A stretch of DNA of 64,000 nt from positions 1-64,000 of IMG/VR virus record IMGVR_UViG_3300042453_003986; one strand, written 5' to 3'. The number at the start of each line of letters is the position of its first letter. Within the stretch, counting starts at the first letter, position 1. Positions 25,708-35,800 of the stretch are shown here, piece after piece. The notes below the pieces were generated by a model, which worked only from the letters and a program-made list of their open reading frames with translations, searched no databases and was not told the DNA's origin. Position numbers and translations under genes: made by a program. The DNA comes from a virus.

Positions 25708-28085
25708 GCTCCTGCAATAGTAAATACTAGTCCGGGAATCATTTTATAGTTACTGTCGTAAAGAACAGAGTAGTATAAAATTTTTCCTTTTGCGTCCGTG
25801 ACCGGGTGAAGAGCCGTAACAAGATACACGGTTGCGCTAATTTTTTTACTAGCGGTGTCTCCCGTAACCTGACGGACTATAGAAGAAAAAGTTTCTTGAG
25901 CTACAAATCGACCAAGCAGCGGATTAAGGCCACGCGATGCAAAACTTCCTTGTAGGTCTAGCGAGACTAAATAAGGATTTGGCATACGGTTTTGATAAAA
26001 AACAGTTGTCGACCCGACTTTTTTAGACACTGCCACTACCGCCTGATCTAGTAAGTATCCGTATTGCTCATTTATTTGCCCAAATCGGCGGAAAAATAGG
26101 CGCGTAAAAAACGACGTGTTTGCCATAAGTAACATGCCTGTCACGCTGGTAGGAAGTCCATTGTCCGAAACAACACCGTTTAAAAAAAGCGATTGTTTTG
26201 TTAGTTTCACGCTGACTTCTTGCATTTTAGAAAGATCAGAAGAAAAGGGAGCAGCTGTAATTGACTGAGCTAGTCCTGAAGCTGAAAAGCTAAGTGCTTT
26301 AGGCGTGATAGTTGAGGAACCATTAAGAGCCAAAAACGAGTATTTTGGAAACCATCTTTTGTACGCGGTTTCATAATTTGCTTCAGGCCTGCTTACTCGC
26401 AGTGGGTTTGTGTACGTCGTTGCAGGAGAGTAAACAGTACTTGCGTCTTTAATAAAAGATCCTTGTGCAACAGTCCGTGTCAATCGATCAAGCAGCTTTA
26501 CTTGTATTCGTGTTGCGGTCAAGAACGGCCAATAAACGGAACCTTCTGGATAATTCAACCACTCAACAAGAAACGAATAAGTGTGCAATTTTGTTTTTGG
26601 ATCATACGCTTGTGAAAAATTAGTCAACGTACTCACTGCTTTTTCAGGAGCGAGCGTCTCTACTGTATCATACTGTTGGTCTACTTGGTTTACATTTGTA
26701 ACTAATCGACAAAACCGCAGTCTTCTGCGAAGATTTACAAAGTTTTTACTATAGCGGACATTCCGTACAACCTTGTTAGAGTTACTTAACGTCGACACGA
26801 TTGTAGCGGAGTGTTGAGGGTTAAATAACGCCTCGCTTGTAGTCATTACAGTTAACTCGGCCATTTCGTTTCTGTAAGCTGCGTCAGTTATTCCGTAACC
26901 GCTTACGGGCACAACCCGATCAATAAGCGTGTCAGTATTGTTGTCCGCTCGAATATGCAACATCGAAAACGCAATAGGCGTTTTTGAAGTAACCTCTGTA
27001 GCAAAAAACAGACGACCATCAGTAGAAATTGCTCCTACGGCGTAAGGATAGTTGCCAAAAAACCAAGACTTTACAGTAATCGGACTAGCAGTTACCGGAT
27101 CTACATAAAGCCCTAAGTTTACCGGTTCTACAAGCTCCAGCGAATACCCTAAAGGTTTGTAGGTATACGTTGCATACACGCTCGGGTATTGATCGGTATG
27201 TGTTTGTTGTGCAAGTTCAGTAAAAAACTGTTCATAACCGGCAGAAACAACCAGCTGTTGTGTTGTTGCAGCGGGCATAAGTGTAAAGTCCTGCTGAAAA
27301 ATTTGATTGCTAATTTCTGTTTTTACTGTAAACACTATGGGTCTGCGTACTCTGACATCTACAATAAAGTTTTCGTTGACTGACGAGAGTTTAAAGACAG
27401 CATCTTGCGGAGCAAAATCTTCTTTTAGGTATGTCAGCAGATCGCGCATGGATAAAGAACTAGTTATAGAAAATGCAGGACGTTCACTATTAAAGTAATA
27501 ATACGTAAACGTCAACGGGATCGCAACTGTGTACAAGTTTGCTACGACGTAATTAAGCAACGCTTCTGCTGTGTATTGCTGCTCTTCTGTCTGAGCTACT
27601 GAGTAATACGCAAAAGCTTCTTGAGCACGGGTGTTAAACACATGCGCGATTAGTTGCGATACCCCGCGACGAGACAACGTTAATCGGTAATTTTTAAGGC
27701 TGTCTCCAATAGAGTTTTCAGTAGCAGAAAGTGTGAAAAATTGAAAGTCTGCATTATCGCGACTAAACTCTTGGCTAAATCCCTCAAAAACAGGAAGAGT
27801 TAGTACCACTTTTTGTAAGGCTTCTACGTCTGGGTTGTAACCATAAAAATGAGTTGTCGTAAAGTAGAACGACTTTACAAATCCAGCAACAGGCACTGCT
27901 TCAACAAGCTGGAGATTTTCAGCACGCTCTAGTAGCAGCGTAAGTCGTGCAGCTGACTGATTATCTAAATAGTTACTAGACTGAAACGCATACTGCGTGT
28001 CTTTTAAAAACTCGTTAATATCTGGATACTGGGCAGGCCGCTGTATTTGCGCGTCTAGCCTGAGAAGTGATTTCTTTTTAGACAT
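25698..28085 (-). CDS. Putative minor tail protein, 795 aa
   Basis: Synteny between tape measure and fibre. Confidence 0.6.
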   Translation of the reverse strand: MSKKKSLLRLDAQIQRPAQYPDINEFLKDTQYAFQSSNYLDNQSAARLTLLLERAENLQLVEAVPVAGFVKSFYFTTTHFYGYNPDVEALQKVVLTLPVFEGFSQEFSRDNADFQFFTLSATENSIGDSLKNYRLTLSRRGVSQLIAHVFNTRAQEAFAYYSVAQTEEQQYTAEALLNYVVANLYTVAIPLTFTYYYFNSERPAFSITSSLSMRDLLTYLKEDFAPQDAVFKLSSVNENFIVDVRVRRPIVFTVKTEISNQIFQQDFTLMPAATTQQLVVSAGYEQFFTELAQQTHTDQYPSVYATYTYKPLGYSLELVEPVNLGLYVDPVTASPITVKSWFFGNYPYAVGAISTDGRLFFATEVTSKTPIAFSMLHIRADNNTDTLIDRVVPVSGYGITDAAYRNEMAELTVMTTSEALFNPQHSATIVSTLSNSNKVVRNVRYSKNFVNLRRRLRFCRLVTNVNQVDQQYDTVETLAPEKAVSTLTNFSQAYDPKTKLHTYSFLVEWLNYPEGSVYWPFLTATRIQVKLLDRLTRTVAQGSFIKDASTVYSPATTYTNPLRVSRPEANYETAYKRWFPKYSFLALNGSSTITPKALSFSASGLAQSITAAPFSSDLSKMQEVSVKLTKQSLFLNGVVSDNGLPTSVTGMLLMANTSFFTRLFFRRFGQINEQYGYLLDQAVVAVSKKVGSTTVFYQNRMPNPYLVSLDLQGSFASRGLNPLLGRFVAQETFSSIVRQVTGDTASKKISATVYLVTALHPVTDAKGKILYYSVLYDSNYKMIPGLVFTIAGAWA

Positions 28086-30703
28086 TAAGGCAACTCCGTT
28101 GTTTCGGCCGCGTAATAAACGGTCCCTTTAAGATAGTATCTCTGGCCATAATGAAGGCTTTTTAGCGAATCAAACCCAATTACGACTGTTTCAATGTCTT
28201 GCCCTACTATAGACTGCTCGTCAGTAAAAGTAAACCGCAACTCTCCCGGAAAAAATCCGCGCGGATTGTCTCGGTAAACTGACTCAAAACCGTTCCAACC
28301 GATTGACACATTTTTACCGCGCACGACTAAATAGTCGGCTTGCCGTGTCTGAGAAAAGTAGATTAGCTCAGAATCGATAGAAGTAAAGGATAAGTTATTG
28401 TTTCTTCCCTCACCCCCTGCATATTGCCGCTCGTACTGTCGGTACATGCTTTTAGGGTTAGTCCAAAACAAGGGCACGTTAGCCAATCCGTTGTCTTGCA
28501 AAAGCAAGGAATGCGCTTGATTTTGTAACGTGTTAATTTGATTTAAGTGGCTTAGCAACCCAGAATAAGCTAACGAACCAAACGAGACTAGTTTTTGATA
28601 GGTACTTACTACGTAGTCAGACTTAAACACTGCGGCTTCTACAAAGCGCATAAGACCAATGTATGAGGCTTTGTTATATGCGGGGCTGTAGTTTAAAAAA
28701 GTATCTACGGCTGCGTCTGGGGCTACTCCTGTATTTGCACTTTCTTTTACCTGTATATTAAGACTTGTGTACCCGCCGTCAAAGTAACCCACTGCCGAGT
28801 TACTTAAGCCGGAAATGTACGCGGCGTAGAGCGCGGGCACGTAGCGCTCGCCAGAACTGGCCGTCATGGTAAAGTTAAACGTATCTGTATACATGTACGC
28901 ATTAGGTAGTAGTCGACTACCTAAAAATAGTGATTGCGTTGTTCCGATTGGTTGCGTAGATTCTGCTGAGTAGTACGGCACGCCCGCGTCCAATACAGAC
29001 GGGCGAAGAAAGTAAAACCCACCAAATTGTTCAGCTCCTGCTGTTTGATGTGTACTTAAAAAAATACCATCTCCCAGCAAAAACCCGCTTGGTGCCAAAG
29101 CAGCCTCTTTAAAGCAATCGTATCCAGTGCCCAAACCTGTGTACAGTCCTGATCCGGCGTAAAAGTGTGTAGTAACCAAACCTCCGCCTGCTTTGTACTG
29201 AGCAGTGTACGGACCTGCAAAGCGCACAAATCCTCTACGTACACGCAAATGGTTTAAGTTAGTAGAGTCTAAAGGTAAAAGTCCTGTGTACGTTACTTTA
29301 GATAGCTCGGCAGTCAAAGGAGGTACTTGAATAGCGGAGTTTGTGTACGCGGTACTTCCGCTTACGTAATCGTCGCTAAGCGACAAAGCCTGATCCCACT
29401 CAGGGAGGTTACTTGCAAATGGGCGTAAATCAGTACTTCCACGACGAGTTTTTCGCGGTATTTTATACGAGGATGGCGACGACGCCGTAAAAGGAACAAT
29501 TGCTTGAATATTAAACGCGCTTGCGGGGTTTACATTGGTTGTGTACGACAGCCGAAGGGTGTCTTTTGTTGTAAACTGCTTTTGAAAATAGTAACGAGCC
29601 TCTTCTGCAAATACAGAATGCTTTAAAAATTCTGCGTCGGTATCAAGACCAAATCTTTCTAGGTAGGATCGCCATTCATCGTTGTACTGACTAAACGCGC
29701 TGGCATAGCTCGCGTTAGCTGTAATCTGGTCCCATAACGCCGCTCGCAGAGGAGAATCGTATTTACGCAGCCGATCAACAAGATGTTTTTGATTTGCGGC
29801 CAACAAAGGTAGCTGGTCTAATCCAGTAATTGTGGGTAAGGCTTGCCAGCTAAATGGAGTAATTTCATGCTCAACGTGTGCGTACACCATACTAAAATAG
29901 TAAGATGTACCCTTTGTTTCCCAAGTCCGCAATTGGCCCGGTTTTCCTAGTCTAAACTTTACAGTCACTACTTCACCGGGTACAAAATTAAATGAAGACA
30001 AATCTAGCTCGTATTGATGGTACCCCTCGCTTGAAAGCTGCGGTGAGTTTGGCACCCAATACTCCGCAGAAGTTGGCGAACCTACAGTAAAAGGATCTCC
30101 AGTATCTGAGGTAAATTTAAACGTCGGAACTTCTGTTCCCGGGTGCGTGCTTTCCGCTGTACGTGAATAACTCCATCGCCGCACGTACGGTTGAAATTTT
30201 TCTAAGTTAATTGCTTGCTGAAGAGGGACGTCAGTGTACCGCAAAATTAAATATAGACTAATATCCGTGTCTTTAAATGTATTCTTGTTGTTGTAATAGA
30301 CACTGTTGATGTCTGCAAGATCAATTCCATTTAGATACCGGTATTCTGCTTGCGTGTCTGCTTTCGGTTCTCGAATTGGGTAAGTCTGAAATCCAAGCTT
30401 TAATCGCTTCATACCGGTTCGGTACAAAAACGACCCTTCCCAGACTTCTAAGTTTGAGACTTTTTGCTCGATAAAATAGCGATCATCGTAAGTATCCGTG
30501 TTTTCTAGATCGCCTGCTTTTGTGTCATAGTTAAGCAGCCGAAAGTACGGCGGAGCAAAACGCCAATGAGCCAGAAACAGCTTAGTAGGGCCTTTTACAA
30601 TTTGCTCTAAAAAGGACGCATTTTGCATAAGGTTATTTAAGTCCTGCGCAGACACTTCTTGCCCGTTAACAAACTCCGGTACGGGAGTTAATCCAAATAT
30701 CAT
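28085..30703 (-). CDS. Putative minor tail protein, 872 aa
   Basis: Synteny; N-terminal P.F..GQ.VSA.DLN.L pattern common in tail proteins. Confidence 0.6.
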   Translation of the reverse strand: MIFGLTPVPEFVNGQEVSAQDLNNLMQNASFLEQIVKGPTKLFLAHWRFAPPYFRLLNYDTKAGDLENTDTYDDRYFIEQKVSNLEVWEGSFLYRTGMKRLKLGFQTYPIREPKADTQAEYRYLNGIDLADINSVYYNNKNTFKDTDISLYLILRYTDVPLQQAINLEKFQPYVRRWSYSRTAESTHPGTEVPTFKFTSDTGDPFTVGSPTSAEYWVPNSPQLSSEGYHQYELDLSSFNFVPGEVVTVKFRLGKPGQLRTWETKGTSYYFSMVYAHVEHEITPFSWQALPTITGLDQLPLLAANQKHLVDRLRKYDSPLRAALWDQITANASYASAFSQYNDEWRSYLERFGLDTDAEFLKHSVFAEEARYYFQKQFTTKDTLRLSYTTNVNPASAFNIQAIVPFTASSPSSYKIPRKTRRGSTDLRPFASNLPEWDQALSLSDDYVSGSTAYTNSAIQVPPLTAELSKVTYTGLLPLDSTNLNHLRVRRGFVRFAGPYTAQYKAGGGLVTTHFYAGSGLYTGLGTGYDCFKEAALAPSGFLLGDGIFLSTHQTAGAEQFGGFYFLRPSVLDAGVPYYSAESTQPIGTTQSLFLGSRLLPNAYMYTDTFNFTMTASSGERYVPALYAAYISGLSNSAVGYFDGGYTSLNIQVKESANTGVAPDAAVDTFLNYSPAYNKASYIGLMRFVEAAVFKSDYVVSTYQKLVSFGSLAYSGLLSHLNQINTLQNQAHSLLLQDNGLANVPLFWTNPKSMYRQYERQYAGGEGRNNNLSFTSIDSELIYFSQTRQADYLVVRGKNVSIGWNGFESVYRDNPRGFFPGELRFTFTDEQSIVGQDIETVVIGFDSLKSLHYGQRYYLKGTVYYAAETTELP

Positions 30704-30706
30704 AGA

Positions 30707-32413
30707 TCACCATGACAAGTTACGCACGTCTGACGAAACGTAACCTGACCCTATTATGTAAAATGAAGACCTTGGAGATATGTCGCTTATGTCTACGCAA
30801 GTAATATCCATAAGGGCTCCTGTTTTTTTCGTGGATATTCCAACAACCTTAAAATAACCGTTTATGCCGTATGCAGAACTCGCTATTTGTATACGATCTC
30901 CAATACGTATGTTTGGGTTGAAGACTACGTCTACCAGCGTGTGCTCAGGTCGAGGTTTTTTATGTAAATAAGAAACTACGTCAAGCAGTTTGTTTGCTTG
31001 CTCACGCGATTGAATATACGGATTTTCGGCGATACTAATTTCACGAAATCCGCTCGGAATTACTCCTGCCTGCACAAGCCCCGAAAATTGAATAGGAATA
31101 TCTCGTCGTATAGTAATTTGTTCTGAAGCTTCTACTGCAACACCAAACAGTGTAATCTGTGCTAAATAAAGCGAACGAGCTGGATCATCATTAAAAACTT
31201 TTACGTGAAGATACTGCGCCGGAACTCGTGTTGGGTCGGACTCGACACCCCACACTCCACTAGTGTACGTAGGTCGTGGGTAGTATAGCGACGAAAGTCG
31301 TGGAACTTTTAAATTTGTACTGGCCGTCTCCCCAGTATAATCAACCGCAGTAATAAAATCGCGACTGTTAATGTACTCATCAACTCCAAAATATCCCCCA
31401 CTGGCCCCGTACGAAAGTCCACTAGCGTAATACGTTGGGTTAGTCAGTCGATCTACCGGCTGCTGCAACTCAATTTCGTGAGTATATTCTTCATTATACT
31501 GTAAATACACGCCGATTGAGCCTTCAAACACCGATTTATTTGGACCAAGATACCTTGGAGTAAACGTAATGATTGCTTTTCCAAAAGTAGTCGCAGCTTC
31601 TTCAGCGACAGTCAGCTGACTAAAGTGGCTGTCAGTAAGAGTGACCCCGTTAAATTCCTGTGCAAACGAGTGCGGATTAACAAACCGCACAACACCGTAA
31701 GTATCCTGAGTTAGTTGACCGCCTCCAGCCGCCGCAAGCATAGCAGCATCTTCACTGATATTCTCTTGGTTTAACCACGTAAAACGCGGTATAATCGGCG
31801 AGCTATCTGCGTCATACCAAAAGCGGGGAACTTCCTCGACAAGATCAAAGTACGCTTTGTACTTGTAAGGACGCCCTCCAAGCAACCAAAATATTTTGTT
31901 AAGCGTACCGGTGTAAAACCCGCTTAACGTCGTAGGGTCTTGATTTGTTACATAAGCTGCCCAACCGCTGCTTACAGGGTATACTGGATCAGGAATTTTA
32001 GTGGCTACCGGATGGTTTTTCCATAGCGGCGTAATCTCTTTATAATACTCTAGGTATTTCAAATATCCGGAACATCGAAATGTTACAGTTGCGATGTCTT
32101 CAGTACGCGCCTCAATAAATCCCGAAAAAATTGGAGTGTACGTCACTCGGTCTATTGAAGAGTAAATTTTTACGTTTGCAAATCTCCAATTATACGTAAA
32201 TTGTGTGACTTGCGTACTGTTGTTTTTCGCCAACACAATTGAAGCCGTAGGAGTTGCTGTTCTTCCTAAAGATATTCCCGCTGTAAAGTCAATTTCAGTG
32301 CTTTGCTGGACGTCCGCCGAAACAACTGCTTTTGGCAACACTAAGTAGTTAGAATTATCTACATTCTGTCCAAGAGGAGCGATGTAAATTCGGTAGTCTA
32401 GTAGATAAATCAC
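30707..32413 (-). CDS. Putative tail tip / hub protein, 568 aa
   Basis: IFSGFIE and NP.I.IGD.I.I patterns; second gene after the tape measure. Confidence 0.65.
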   Translation of the reverse strand: MIYLLDYRIYIAPLGQNVDNSNYLVLPKAVVSADVQQSTEIDFTAGISLGRTATPTASIVLAKNNSTQVTQFTYNWRFANVKIYSSIDRVTYTPIFSGFIEARTEDIATVTFRCSGYLKYLEYYKEITPLWKNHPVATKIPDPVYPVSSGWAAYVTNQDPTTLSGFYTGTLNKIFWLLGGRPYKYKAYFDLVEEVPRFWYDADSSPIIPRFTWLNQENISEDAAMLAAAGGGQLTQDTYGVVRFVNPHSFAQEFNGVTLTDSHFSQLTVAEEAATTFGKAIITFTPRYLGPNKSVFEGSIGVYLQYNEEYTHEIELQQPVDRLTNPTYYASGLSYGASGGYFGVDEYINSRDFITAVDYTGETASTNLKVPRLSSLYYPRPTYTSGVWGVESDPTRVPAQYLHVKVFNDDPARSLYLAQITLFGVAVEASEQITIRRDIPIQFSGLVQAGVIPSGFREISIAENPYIQSREQANKLLDVVSYLHKKPRPEHTLVDVVFNPNIRIGDRIQIASSAYGINGYFKVVGISTKKTGALMDITCVDISDISPRSSFYIIGSGYVSSDVRNLSW

Positions 32414-32829
32414 TGTTCCACCAACCGAAAAGAAACATTGTAGTACGGTTTGTTTAGTAGACTAACTGTAATCGCGGCTACCGACTGCTGCCATGAATTA
32501 GGCTCGATAAGCACCCGGTACTCTTGGTTGTCCATTCCAAAAACTAGATCGGTGCCAGCCGCGCTGGGGGACAGGTAAAGCTGCTGCAACGTAAGCACCG
32601 TAGCTAGCGGGTAGCTTGGAGCTCCAGAATAACAAATGTATTCCCACGCAAGATCCCACGAGCGTTTGTGCGCACGATGTAAGTAGCTATTTGACCCGTC
32701 CACCGCCGTCAAAAACTCGCCGATGTTTGTAATCGAAGAGGCAACGCTCGAAGCTTTTAAGTCTGTATAAAAAGCAACCCCTCCGATATACCCGCTAACG
32801 TAAATAGGCTTTAGTGTGTAATTACTCAT
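32410..32829 (-). CDS. Putative distal tail protein
   Basis: First gene after the tape measure; C-terminal Y.VSF.LVEQ. Confidence 0.6.
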   Translation of the reverse strand: MSNYTLKPIYVSGYIGGVAFYTDLKASSVASSITNIGEFLTAVDGSNSYLHRAHKRSWDLAWEYICYSGAPSYPLATVLTLQQLYLSPSAAGTDLVFGMDNQEYRVLIEPNSWQQSVAAITVSLLNKPYYNVSFRLVEQ

Positions 32830-32838
32830 TTTCTCCCT

Positions 32839-32872
32839 TAATAGTGGATAGGCTACAGCCTATCCACTATTA
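32839..32872. repeat. Perfect 16-bp inverted repeat with 2-nt spacer
   Basis: TAATAGTGGATAGGCT-AC-AGCCTATCCACTATTA. Confidence 0.9.
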
Positions 32873-32897
32873 TACTGTATTTTTATGTTTAGTTCAA
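32869..32897 (-). promoter_or_regulatory. Promoter TTGAAC-N17-TATAAT
   Basis: Near-consensus hexamers with 17-nt spacer, upstream of 32829. Confidence 0.7.
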
Positions 32898-32898
32898 G

Positions 32899-35800
32899 TT
32901 ACTGAAGAATACCTTGCCCGCTAGGCATTGGAAAAGGGCGATCCTTCGGTGGTTTAGCAGGACTTGTAGTGGACACCGTGTACACGCGCAATGCTTTTCC
33001 TTCGGGAGTATCCACGCTGTAAGCATCGAATGCAGTAGGAACTTCCCGCGCATTAACCGACAGCTGCGCTTTAAGTGTCTTTGCTTCCGGAGTTTCGGTA
33101 GAACCGTACAGAGACAAGGCAAGTCGATTATTTGCGGCGCTTGCAAGGTTATTAGCTTCGTCAAAACGGCCTCTACTTATCAATCCTTCAACAGCAGTCA
33201 TATCGTTAGTATACTGCATAATCGCAGCTACACCTTTAGCCATAGTTGCCGGTACTTGTGTAGCGATTTCTGTAGCTGCATCAGTAAACGAGCGAACTAA
33301 ATCATCTTTTTGTCTTGCAAGGTTAATCAGCGCATCTTCAATTTGTTGCTTTAGTCCAATATTAAAATCTTCATATTGATTGATAAGACCACTCATTGTA
33401 GTACTTGTAGTTTCTTCAATGTTAACGTACCCTTGAGTCCAGAAGTCTGACCACAGCGGGGCAACGTCAATCATGTTCTGCAATTCTCGGTTAATCTGTT
33501 GAATCTCTTCACTTAATCGTTGCTGCTGTATGTTAAAGTCAGAAAGCGCCCTTGCAGCTTGCTGAATTTGCAAAGGATCTCCTGATTGTTGGGCAGCCTG
33601 CATATTCTGCACAAGACCTTGGTACTCAAGACCCGAGTAGCGCTGCTGACGCAACAAATCCTCTCTGCGTAAACGCAAAGCCTTTTCAGATTCAGCTCGC
33701 TGAATCATCGTGGCCACTTGCTGGTCTGCAAACTGCTGTGCCTGTGCACCGCGTTCTGGGTCTCGGCCAAGCAAAGCAGCCTGTGCTTGAAGATTTGCGC
33801 GAGTTTCCGGATCAGCAGTCTTCATTAGCTCAGTCATTTCGCTTACTACTTGATCTCGATATTTAATAACCTGTGCCCATGCGGCGTCTCGGCCAGCTAA
33901 ATCAGTGATTGGCAAGCGGTCGTATGCGGTAAAGGCTTTTTCAAGCAAAGCAGTAGACTCGCTAGAATAGCGCCCTTGAAAGCGCAAAAACGCTGCTGGG
34001 TTGCTTTGCTCCGCTTGGTCCGCAAACTTCTTACCTGCTTGAGCTACTTGATCAATTTTTCGTCGGTCCGATTCAGCCATGTTAGCTGAACCAAGCTGAC
34101 TGTAGTTTTGAGCAAGAGACTGTCGTTTACTCAACTCTCTTTGCTGTACCGCTTGCACCATTTGCCGTGTAGCGTTTAAATGGATTCCTTCAAGCTGACG
34201 AAACGCGTTTCTTGTAATATCCTCTAGCGAGCGGTTATGGTTAATGGCCAGATCGCGCATTTGCGTATTATGTTGAAAGTTTCGTTGAGCTAGCTCCGTC
34301 TGCGCTTGAATACCCATACTATACACGTTCATCAGTTCAGCAGGGTTCATTAGTGAAGTGATTGACGCATTACTCGCAATCATGTTTGCATACGCAAGAC
34401 GGCCTCGAGGTCCTGACGTATAAGGTAGCTGCATTCCAGCTAGTCGGTCTGCTCCTCGAGCAACCCGCGGGTCAATAGGTTGAAAAGCTCGACGCATTTC
34501 GTAGTAGGGGATCTGTGCCAACTGCGCGCTGCTTGAAGCCTGCGGTAAAAACATTTGCTGACTAATCATAGAACGCCAATCAAGCCCGGAGATTCTGCGC
34601 ATTTCGTTAAGAGCGAACAATGGGTCACCGTTAGACATGTAGTCGCGCAGTGTATTTGCTGCCGAACCTGCCCTGCTAAATCCGGCTACGTAGTTAGCAA
34701 AAGTAGTCTGAAAAGTTGAAACATATGGACCCATCAATTCAGCCATTGATTTGTTGTGCTTGCTAACTGCGTTAAACGTTTTAATGCTTTCTTCAACTGC
34801 ATCATTAAGTGCAGACTTTGCGCCTTCATCAGCAAAACTTGTACGCATAAACTGCGAGTTCATGACCTGAGACGCACTAAGAGGCCCAGCCGAGCCAAAC
34901 AATCCCATAGCATTGTTTAGTGCTGTTTGTTCAGCAAACGTATTAAATCGTTGCTGCTTTCTTTGCAACTCTTGATCGAATTGCTGGTCCATATACTCTT
35001 TTGCTTGTACTTGATAAGTTGGATCATTTAGCAAGCGTTGACGCATTGCGTCACTATAGGTTTTTATCTGCTCAGAAGTTAAAAAGCGCGCCATCTGTGT
35101 TGCGGTTAACTGCGTAGACACACCTTGAGCAGCTTGTGCAGCCTCTCGATAGTCTCTCCCAAGGACTGCAGGGCTTTCCAAAAGACCTAGCGCTTCTAAT
35201 TGATTGTTGTTAAGCCCTAGCTCAGAAGGAGTAATGCCGAGTCCGTATTTTTGTGCTAACTGTATAATATCGGCATTGTCAATCAGTTCATTACCAACGC
35301 CTATCAAACGCTGCGATTCTTTACCAACCGCAGTGTCTCTTAAATTAGCGTCTTGAGCAAAAGCGAGAGACTGTGTAAGAGCTTCTGTAAGAGAAACCAT
35401 CTCTGTTCCGTCGGGACTAAGCACCACAGTGCCTAGTATACTTTTACCTTGCTCATCTTGTTGGTTGTACAGCTTTTCAATCGCGGTGGAGGCTTCGTCA
35501 TAAGCAGCTTGCGTAAGTCCTGACGCAGCAAGGGCTTCTGAAATTTTGGTGTTGGGTATAAAACGACCGCGAGTTTTCTTAAGTTCATTGTTAATAAGTG
35601 TTTCGCGATTGCCCGAAAAACCTGCGTTTGCCAAGTAAACGGAGTCAAATTTATTTTGCATTCTTTGATTTTTTTCAAACTCTGTTTGCATTTTATACAG
35701 CTGTCGCATTTTTTCAACACTGACGTCGTTTAAGTCGATTGCTCGCGTAATTAAAGCGTACCCACCGGCTGCTACTCCGGCCCCGAGAGCTGCCAAGCCT

